Made by a program: the position numbers and the translations under genes
NCBI GenBank assembly: GCA_947259195.1
Contig: CAMYLC010000183.1
Span: 7,807-71,806, forward strand
Source of the DNA: Thermoanaerobaculia bacterium
GTDB taxonomy: Bacteria > Acidobacteriota > Thermoanaerobaculia > Multivoradales > JAHEKO01
DNA: 64,000 nt
Direction: 5' to 3'
Notes under the pieces: model-generated
The model's database searches: none
What the model saw: the letters and a program-made list of their open reading frames with translations, nothing else
Told to the model about the DNA's origin: nothing
In this document: in pieces, positions 57,030 through 64,000 of the stretch
How positions within the stretch are numbered: the stretch's first letter is position 1
Layout: the number at the start of each line of letters is the position of its first letter

Positions 57030-58853
57030 ATGTGCGGAATCGTCGGCTATATCGGACAGCGCGAAGTCGTCCCTGTGCTCATCTCGGGGCTCGAGAGCCT
57101 CGCTTATCGGGGTTATGACTCGGCGGGCGTCGTCGTGGTTCGTGACGGTGAGCTGGAGGCGGTCAAGGCCGAGGGCAAACTGGAACGCCTGGTCGAGACT
57201 CTGAAGGGTGAGTCCCTGGTGGGAACCTATGGCCTGGGACATACTCGCTGGGCGACTCACGGGGAGCCGTCAGAGCGCAATGCTCACCCGGTCATGGACT
57301 CGAAGGGGCGCCTGGCACTCATCCACAACGGCATCATCGAGAATTTCCTCCCCCTCAAGAAGCGCCTGATCGATGAGGGTTGGGAGTTCACTTCCGACAC
57401 CGATACGGAGGTGGTAGCCAATCTAATCAGCTCCCATCTAAAGGGCGATCTGAGGGCGGCGACGCAGCAGGCCATGGCAGAGCTCGAGGGCATGTACGCA
57501 TTTGCCGCCGTCTCGACGGTGTCGGGGCAGGCCGAGATCGTCGCTGCTCGAAAGGGTCCGCCCCTGGTCATCGGACTGGGCGACGACGAGTTCTTCCTGG
57601 CCTCGGACCCAGCGGCTGTGCTGGCCTATACGAAGAGAGTGCTCTTCTTGGAGAACATGGATCTATGTCGCCTGACCGACGCCGGTCCGGAGATCTGGGA
57701 CGAAAATGGCGAGCCGGTCGAGCGCCCGGCGGTGAGGCTCACCTGGGACCCGATCCAGGCCGAAAAGGGTGGCTTCAAGCATTTCATGCTCAAAGAAATC
57801 CACGAGCAGTCGCAGGCGATCCAGGACACGTTCGCCGGGCGTGTGGACTTCGAGCTCAACACCGTCGGATTCGACGACTTCGCGCTGACCCCCGAAGAGG
57901 CGACCCAGATTCAGCGAGTCCAGATTCTGGCCTGTGGCACCTCCTGGCATTCGGGGCTGGTTGGCAAATTCATGATCGAAGAGCTGGCGCGCATTCCGGT
58001 CGAGGTGGACTACGGTTCCGAGTATCGGTACCGAGACCCCGTGGTCGGCGAGGGTGTGCTGGCAATCGGCATCTCCCAGTCAGGTGAAACGGCCGATACC
58101 CTGTCAGCCATGGAAGCGGCCAGCGATCGAGGAGCGAAGCTGTTGGCCATCTGCAATGTCCCTGGCAGCCAGGCCACACGCGTAAGCGATGGTGTGATCT
58201 ATACACATGCCGGGCCAGAGATAGGGGTCGCCTCGACCAAGGCGTTCACGACGCAGCTGACGGCCCTCTACCTCTTCGCCCTGTACCTTCGGCAGCAGCG
58301 GGGAATGGCGATAGAGTCAGAGCTTCTTTCAGTGCTTGCGGGGCTACCTCATGCGGTGGCCGAGATCATGGAAAGCGAGGCGGAGCTCGAGGAGATGGCG
58401 CGCCGCTATTCCCGTCTAGAGGACTTCCTCTACCTCGGGCGTGGCATCAACTATCCGATCGCGCTCGAAGGTGCCCTGAAACTGAAAGAGATCTCTTACA
58501 GTCACGCGGAGGGCTACCCGGCTGGGGAAATGAAGCACGGACCGATCGCCCTGATCGACGAAGACTTTCCGGTGGTGGCGATCGCCACCGGCAGTCGGGT
58601 CTTCGACAAGGTCTGCAGCAACATGCAGGAGGTCAAGGCAAGGGATGGCGTGGTCATCGCCGTAACCGATCGCCCGGCCGAAGAGCTTGCGGAAATCGCC
58701 GACGAAGTCATTCAGGTGCCTCGTTCTTCAGATCTGTTGCAGCCGGTGGTCAATGTCATTCCTCTGCAGCTGTTCGCCTACTTTGTAGCCGTGCGCCGGG
58801 GCGCCGACGTGGATCAGCCTCGGAACCTGGCCAAGAGCGTGACGGTCGAGTAG
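57030..58853 (+). CDS. glmS: Glutamine--fructose-6-phosphate aminotransferase.
   Basis: MCGIVGYIG N-terminus. Two SIS domains. C-terminal ...KSVTVE. Confidence 0.95.
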   Translation: MCGIVGYIGQREVVPVLISGLESLAYRGYDSAGVVVVRDGELEAVKAEGKLERLVETLKGESLVGTYGLGHTRWATHGEPSERNAHPVMDSKGRLALIHNGIIENFLPLKKRLIDEGWEFTSDTDTEVVANLISSHLKGDLRAATQQAMAELEGMYAFAAVSTVSGQAEIVAARKGPPLVIGLGDDEFFLASDPAAVLAYTKRVLFLENMDLCRLTDAGPEIWDENGEPVERPAVRLTWDPIQAEKGGFKHFMLKEIHEQSQAIQDTFAGRVDFELNTVGFDDFALTPEEATQIQRVQILACGTSWHSGLVGKFMIEELARIPVEVDYGSEYRYRDPVVGEGVLAIGISQSGETADTLSAMEAASDRGAKLLAICNVPGSQATRVSDGVIYTHAGPEIGVASTKAFTTQLTALYLFALYLRQQRGMAIESELLSVLAGLPHAVAEIMESEAELEEMARRYSRLEDFLYLGRGINYPIALEGALKLKEISYSHAEGYPAGEMKHGPIALIDEDFPVVAIATGSRVFDKVCSNMQEVKARDGVVIAVTDRPAEELAEIADEVIQVPRSSDLLQPVVNVIPLQLFAYFVAVRRGADVDQPRNLAKSVTVE

Positions 58854-58876
58854 AAAGTGCAGCAGGACCGTTACCG

Positions 58877-61072
58877 ATGCCGTCGAACCCCGCCCTCGAT
58901 CTCGAGCGCGATCTGAACCCTGAGCAAGCCGCCGCCGTCACTCACGGCGACGGACCCCAATTGGTGTTGGCGGGAGCTGGCTCCGGCAAGACCCGTGTCA
59001 TCACCTATCGGGTCGCCTGGCTGGTCAAGGAGTGCCAGGTCGATCCCGCGAGTATCGTGGCGATGACCTTCACGAACAAGGCCGCAGGAGAGATGCGGGA
59101 GCGGGTTGAGGATCTGCTTGGCCTGCAACCCTTACCAACGTTCGTCGGCACGTTTCATCGCTTCGCTCTCGGCCTGTTGCGACGCTATGGGAAGCACGTC
59201 GGTGTCGATCCGAGCTTCGCGATATTCGACAGCGCCGACCAGGTGTCGCTGGTGAAAAAGGCACTGGCCGAGGAGAACTTGTCGGAGTCGGCCTTCCCGC
59301 CGCGCTCGATGCTGGGCACCATCAGCTCGGCCAAGAACCGACTGCTCGACCCGGAAGCCTACGCCGCCTCTGCCGAGGACTTCTACGAGAAGCAGGCAGC
59401 CAGGGTCTACAAGCAGTACCAGCGTCTCCTGATCCAATCGTCCGGCGTGGATTTCGACGACATGCTGCGGCTGGCCGTCAAACTCCTGACAACCGAGAAA
59501 GCCATTCGGGACCGTTTGCGCCACCGCATTCAGTATCTTCTAGTCGATGAGTTCCAGGACACGAATCACGCCCAGATGCGGATGGTGCAGGAGATCGTCG
59601 CTGAGGCGGGAAACCTGACCGCTGTGGGTGACGAGGATCAGGGTATCTACCGCTGGCGCGGTGCAGACCTCGACAATGTGCTCAACTTCGAGCGGGTGTT
59701 TCCGGGTGCCGTCGTTCGTGCCCTGGAACAGAACTACCGATCGACCCAGAATATTCTCGACATCGCCGGTGACTTGGTGGAGCACAACCAACGCCGCCGG
59801 GGCAAACGGCTTTGGACCGAGGCCGGTGAAGGCAACAAGGTGGAGCTCTATCGGGCGCGCGACGATCAGGACGAGGCCCGCTGGGTCTTGAATACATTCG
59901 AGGGACTGCGAGGTCAGATCTCTTTGCGCGAGATGGGAATCCTGGTGCGGACCAACGCCCAGACCCGGGCCTTCGAAGAGGAGCTGCTGAAGCGTCAGAT
60001 CCCCTACGAGCTGGTAGGAGGTGTGCGGTTCTACGAGCGTGCTGAGATCAAGGACGTAGTGTCCTATCTGCGAGTCCTGCGCAACCCCAGGGACAACTTC
60101 TCCCTGACCCGGATCCTGAACCGCCCGGCACGCGGCATCGGTAAGGCGACGCAGGAGATGCTGGTCCAGATGTCCGCAGAGCACGGGAACTCACTGTGGG
60201 AGACACTCCTCTACGCTGAATTGGGGAGTCTCCCCGCTCGCAGCGCGAAGGCGCTGGCGCGATTCCGGGACCTGCTCCAGTCGCTGCGAGAAGATCTGGA
60301 AGAAACACCCCTACCTGTCGTCTTGGAGCGCCTTCTCGACCAGACCGGGTACCTGGATCTCTATGATAAGGACGACCCGGAGCTGCGCGCCAAGTTGGAG
60401 AATCTCGAAGAGCTCGTGACGGCGGCCCAGGAGTTCACCGAGGAAACCGACTGGAGCGACGAGGCGGATCTCTTGAGCGCCTTCCTCGACCACATTTCAC
60501 TGGTCAGCGACATCGACGAGTGGCGGCGGGAACAGGGCGTCTCTCTGATGACCCTGCACAGCGCGAAAGGCCTGGAATTCGAAGCGGTTTGCGTTGCCGG
60601 GCTCGAGGATGGACTGCTGCCGCACTTCAATAGCGGTGGGACACAGGACGAGATCGAGGAGGAGCGGCGCTTGCTATACGTCGGAATGACGCGCGCCAAG
60701 CAGCGCCTCTTTCTCACCGGGTGTCGCCGCCGCCGCATCGCGGGTCGCTACCAGGATCAGCAAGAGTCACCCTTCCTGCTGGAGATTCCAGAACAGGACC
60801 TGGTCATCAGTGAGAGCTCAGAGCTGTTTTATGACGGTCGTACGCGAGCTGCCTATGGATTCTTCGGCCGTCGCGAGCCGGTCGAGATCGAGCCCGAAGT
60901 CGTGACCGGCGACGCCCTGAGACGCGGCCGTCGAGTCCGTCACCCGACGCTTGGAGAAGGAGTGCTCATGCAGCTCGAAGGGGAAGGAGACAACGCCAAG
61001 CTGACCGTGTTCTTCGACCGCTCGGGAAAACGGAAGCTGGTCGCCAAGTACGCCAACCTGGAGCTGTTGTAG
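58877..61072 (+). CDS. UvrD/PcrA-type ATP-dependent DNA helicase.
   Basis: AGAGSGKT Walker A. UvrD helicase motifs throughout. 731 aa. Confidence 0.9.
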   Translation: MPSNPALDLERDLNPEQAAAVTHGDGPQLVLAGAGSGKTRVITYRVAWLVKECQVDPASIVAMTFTNKAAGEMRERVEDLLGLQPLPTFVGTFHRFALGLLRRYGKHVGVDPSFAIFDSADQVSLVKKALAEENLSESAFPPRSMLGTISSAKNRLLDPEAYAASAEDFYEKQAARVYKQYQRLLIQSSGVDFDDMLRLAVKLLTTEKAIRDRLRHRIQYLLVDEFQDTNHAQMRMVQEIVAEAGNLTAVGDEDQGIYRWRGADLDNVLNFERVFPGAVVRALEQNYRSTQNILDIAGDLVEHNQRRRGKRLWTEAGEGNKVELYRARDDQDEARWVLNTFEGLRGQISLREMGILVRTNAQTRAFEEELLKRQIPYELVGGVRFYERAEIKDVVSYLRVLRNPRDNFSLTRILNRPARGIGKATQEMLVQMSAEHGNSLWETLLYAELGSLPARSAKALARFRDLLQSLREDLEETPLPVVLERLLDQTGYLDLYDKDDPELRAKLENLEELVTAAQEFTEETDWSDEADLLSAFLDHISLVSDIDEWRREQGVSLMTLHSAKGLEFEAVCVAGLEDGLLPHFNSGGTQDEIEEERRLLYVGMTRAKQRLFLTGCRRRRIAGRYQDQQESPFLLEIPEQDLVISESSELFYDGRTRAAYGFFGRREPVEIEPEVVTGDALRRGRRVRHPTLGEGVLMQLEGEGDNAKLTVFFDRSGKRKLVAKYANLELL

Positions 61073-61081
61073 GGGTGCTTC

Positions 61082-61555
61082 TCAGCTGTCCGAACTGTCG
61101 ACGGGTCCAACGGGTAGGTGGTCGCTACGCAGGATCGCATAGAGGTAGTTGTCGACCCTGTCGTCGTCAAGGATGAAGTACCCTCTGAGACAGCCCTCCT
61201 GGCGGAAGCCGACCTTCTGCAGAACTCGCTGCGAGGCGTAGTTGCGGGTATCACAGCGGGCCTCGATTCGTTCGAGGGGAGAGTTGAGGAACAGGTCAGC
61301 CAGGAGAAGGTGGAGCGCCTGCACCATGATTCCCCGTTTCTGGAAGGGTGTGGAGAGGGCATAGCCGATCTCCGCCAAGCCATGGTCCCAATTGGTGATC
61401 ACGAGCGTGAGCCAGCCAGCCGGCTGCTCATCGCATCGGACGATCCACTGGAATTTGTCCCCTTGACCGTGGTAAAGGTTGCTCATCCTCTGTCGCACGA
61501 GCTCGGCACCCAGTTGACCTAGCGAGGCCTCCCCGAGAGGTTGAAACTGCCGCAC
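61082..61555 (-). CDS. GNAT N-acetyltransferase (RimJ/RimL-like).
   Basis: Only the C-terminal approximately 158 aa of the 465-aa ORF-track ORF is GNAT-like (...LAEIGYALSTPFQKRGIMVQAL...). Putative GTG start 61555. The remainder is antisense to the GT2 gene. Confidence 0.55.
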   Translation of the reverse strand: MRQFQPLGEASLGQLGAELVRQRMSNLYHGQGDKFQWIVRCDEQPAGWLTLVITNWDHGLAEIGYALSTPFQKRGIMVQALHLLLADLFLNSPLERIEARCDTRNYASQRVLQKVGFRQEGCLRGYFILDDDRVDNYLYAILRSDHLPVGPVDSSDS

Positions 61556-61689
61556 GCTCGGCTGACCCCGCCAATCGCGGAGCAGGCCCGCATCGCCCGG
61601 GACTGCGGGTCTGAGCGAGACTCTGGGTGGCCGCGAGTCGGTCTGTGGCTGCAGGATCGACCTTGGTGAGTCGCTTGGATGAGCGGTGG

Positions 61690-63237
61690 TCACGTTCCGA
61701 GCCCCGCAGCGGTATCGTCTGTGCTGGTCGCCAGCCGCATCGAGGGAGCTCCCAGGTCTTTGAAGCTCCGGGTCGCTCGTTCGTGCTGGAGGGTCAGAAA
61801 GGTCATATAGCAGTAGCCGTGCAGGAAAAGGTAGAGAAAGGGAAGCGAGAACCACATCCGCAGGCTGCAGGCCACAGTAAAGCACAAGATCATGTATCCC
61901 GCGAGCACCGACTCGAAGATCACAGTCCTGGTGCCCAAGGCGTGGTATTGCTTGCCCAACCAACGATCGGCCGGATTCTCGATGTGATACTTCGGTGTCC
62001 TTTGGAACTCCCCGCCATCGTGAAGCAGACCCGAGAGCACGGCTCTGGTGTTGTTGACGGCCAGTCCGACGCCTAATCCCATCAGGGATGGAATGGTATG
62101 GAAATTGCGACGCCCATCGGGACCAATCACTATCTGGCTGATGATGTAGAACAATACGATTGCGCCTGTGGCGCCCAGGAAGATAGGCAAATCGAGCAGC
62201 AGCAACATCCTGGGGTCGGCATCCCGCCTCAGGTACATGGCGGGGAACATCAGCAAGGAGAGCAGGATCATCAGTGGGTAGCAGGCGTTGCTCGTCAAAT
62301 GGATCAATGCCTCGACCTTGATGGGTGTCGCGACTGACGAGCGTAGGATCGTGTCCAGCAGCTTCCGGGCGGTTTGAATCGAGCCCTTGGCCCAGCGGAA
62401 CTGTTGACTCTTGAAGGCGTGAATGTCCACGGGCAGCTCGGCCGGAGCGATGACGGCCGGCAGGAAGATGAAGCGCCAACCTCGAAGCTGAGCGCGGAAC
62501 GAAAGATCCAGATCCTCGGTGAGAGTGTCGTGCTGCCAGCCTCCGGCGTCGACGATCGCCTCCTTCCTCCAGATTCCCGCGGTACCGTTGAAGTTGAAGA
62601 AACGTCCCGAAGCATGCCTAGCCGCATGCTCGATGGCGAAGTGACCGTCGAGGAGAACGGCCTGAATCCGAGTCAACAGAGAGTAGCGGCGGTTGATGTG
62701 CTCCCACCTGGCCTGAACCATGCCGACTTCGGGGTTGGCGAAGTGTGGAACCGTTTGTTTGAGGAAGTCTGGCCGCGGAGAGAAGTCGGCGTCGAACACG
62801 GCCAATAGGTTGCCACGAGCCCTGGTGAGCCCACTCTCGAGCGCTCCGGCCTTGTAGCCATGGCGGTGGGTACGGCGCAGGTGGTCGATCCGAAAACCCC
62901 TGGAGAGATAGTGGCTCACCCGCTCTGAGACCAGCTTCGAGGTCTCGTCCGTGGAGTCGTCGAGCACCTGGATCTCGAGACGATCCCTGGGGTAGTCCAG
63001 CCGGCAGATGGAGTCGATGAGTCGGGACGCCACGTACATCTCGTTGAAGAGAGGCAGTTGAATCGTCACCACTGGCCAATCCGAGGGTGCGGCTACGGAC
63101 GGGTTCAATCGATGGCGGTTTCGGTAGTAGAGTGCTATCAACACTAGGCGATGAGAGCCGTAGATCGCCAGACTTCCCAGAGTCAGGTAATAGATTGCCA
63201 GCAGAACTTTCTCGAGAAGTATCTCCATCCCGGTCAT
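61690..63237 (-). CDS. Processive GT2 beta-glycosyltransferase (cellulose/chitin/hyaluronan-synthase-like).
   Basis: DDSTDET, DADF (DxD), TED and QQFRWAKG (QxxRW) motifs. N- and C-terminal TM helices. ATG 63237. Confidence 0.8.
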   Translation of the reverse strand: MTGMEILLEKVLLAIYYLTLGSLAIYGSHRLVLIALYYRNRHRLNPSVAAPSDWPVVTIQLPLFNEMYVASRLIDSICRLDYPRDRLEIQVLDDSTDETSKLVSERVSHYLSRGFRIDHLRRTHRHGYKAGALESGLTRARGNLLAVFDADFSPRPDFLKQTVPHFANPEVGMVQARWEHINRRYSLLTRIQAVLLDGHFAIEHAARHASGRFFNFNGTAGIWRKEAIVDAGGWQHDTLTEDLDLSFRAQLRGWRFIFLPAVIAPAELPVDIHAFKSQQFRWAKGSIQTARKLLDTILRSSVATPIKVEALIHLTSNACYPLMILLSLLMFPAMYLRRDADPRMLLLLDLPIFLGATGAIVLFYIISQIVIGPDGRRNFHTIPSLMGLGVGLAVNNTRAVLSGLLHDGGEFQRTPKYHIENPADRWLGKQYHALGTRTVIFESVLAGYMILCFTVACSLRMWFSLPFLYLFLHGYCYMTFLTLQHERATRSFKDLGAPSMRLATSTDDTAAGLGT

Positions 63238-63311
63238 CTCTGTTCGGTAGGCTCGATTCCCGTCAATTTGTAAGAATCGGCTGGCTGCCCATCCTAGCCC
63301 ATGCTGGCCTC

Positions 63312-64000
63312 TTGCTGACGTGGGATCTCGCGGCTCACCTCGGTATTGCCTTCTCTTGGTTGGCTCTCGCCGTCGTCGGAATGAGTCTGGGTAGCCGGCG
63401 GCTCTCCAGAATGAATGCGGCAAGCGGTGCACTGATTCTGCTGGTGGCGGTGGTGGTTCGAATGCTGATGCTGCCGTTGCCATCGACGTTGTCTGACGAC
63501 ATCCAGCGCTATCTGTGGGACGGCAAGGTCGCCTCTTCGGGCCTCAATCCCTACCGCTTTGAACCGAATGCGCCGGAGGTTAGGCAGCTGCGGGACGAGG
63601 CCTGGGAGCGACTTCCACATCGGCAGGTGCCGACGGTCTATCCGCCATTGGCCCTGGCGGTGTTCAGCGCGTCGACTCATTTTCCGATGTCGGCATTCGC
63701 TCTCAAGGCGCTGCTTACGCTGTTCGATCTCGCGACCTGTTGGCTCTTGTTGGTGTTGGCCCGGGCTGTGGGTCTGCCTATCAGCCGGGTGGTTTGGTAC
63801 GCCTGGAATCCGTTGGTCACGTTGGAAGTCGCGGGGATGGGGCATGTGGATGCCCTGGGTGTCGCCTGCATGGTGTTGTTGGCTGTCTGCCTGAGTCGCC
63901 GCCCAAAGTGGTTTGCCGGGGCGGCGTTGGCTGCAGCTGGCGGGGTGCTGGCCAAGCTTGTTCCATTGCTGGGTTTCCCGACCTGGGCCCGCCAGAGCGG
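63312..64000 (+). CDS. Partial (no stop in window) GT87/DUF2029-like polytopic membrane glycosyltransferase.
   Basis: Manual translation gives MLTWDLAAHLGIAFSWLALAVVG...LSDDIQRYLWDGKVASSGLNPYRF..., a DUF2029-type loop motif. Not in the ORF track because it runs off the edge. TTG start tentative. Confidence 0.5.
   Translation, partial: MLTWDLAAHLGIAFSWLALAVVGMSLGSRRLSRMNAASGALILLVAVVVRMLMLPLPSTLSDDIQRYLWDGKVASSGLNPYRFEPNAPEVRQLRDEAWERLPHRQVPTVYPPLALAVFSASTHFPMSAFALKALLTLFDLATCWLLLVLARAVGLPISRVVWYAWNPLVTLEVAGMGHVDALGVACMVLLAVCLSRRPKWFAGAALAAAGGVLAKLVPLLGFPTWARQS

Noticed and set aside
61556-62479. N-terminal 300 aa of the 465-aa minus-strand ORF.
   Set aside because: It runs antisense through the GT2 gene 61690..63237. 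Only the C-terminal GNAT portion (61082..61555) is protein-like.
1-64000. CRISPR arrays, rRNA, integrases/transposases, prophage genes.
   Set aside because: No direct-repeat/spacer periodicity, no rRNA-like segments and no recombinase-like ORFs seen. The tRNA-Arg is not flanked by an integrase or direct repeats.

Overview
High-GC (~62%) bacterial chromosomal segment. It is densely coding and looks core-genome: no integrase, transposase, phage gene or CRISPR array is visible, and the content resembles Acidobacteria/Gemmatimonadota/Myxococcota-like genomes. Compact, often stop-start-overlapping operons identify about 60 genes: pncB-pncA (NAD salvage), panB-panC-panD, fetA-fetB, yvcK(glmR)-glmU-glmS-uvrD, mglB-mglA, and a futalosine-type menaquinone group (UbiA-like prenyltransferase, MqnC/MqnE-family radical SAM, UbiX). 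Envelope and secretome genes are numerous: a 1061-aa BNR/Asp-box protein, M28 and S9 peptidases, a TonB-dependent receptor, a porin, a patatin lipoprotein, three GT-C glycosyltransferases, an O-antigen-ligase-like protein and an LtaS/EptA-like protein. One tRNA-Arg(ACG) is present. Several ORF-track entries are antisense artefacts. A real gene at the left edge (TTG start) and one at the right edge (no stop in window) are missing from the track. No single standout new system is apparent. The loci most worth follow-up are: (i) a PqqD-family (RRE) protein translationally coupled to a MARF1-like NYN+LOTUS RNase just upstream of mglBA; (ii) a small membrane ORF separated by a single in-frame TGA from a NapC/NirT-type hexaheme cytochrome; (iii) a radical SAM MqnC/E homologue with C-x5-C-x2-C spacing; (iv) a degraded vapC beside an intact antitoxin; (v) G-rich 3'-UTR repeat motifs shared between distant intergenic regions; (vi) a lipid-linked glycosylation cluster.
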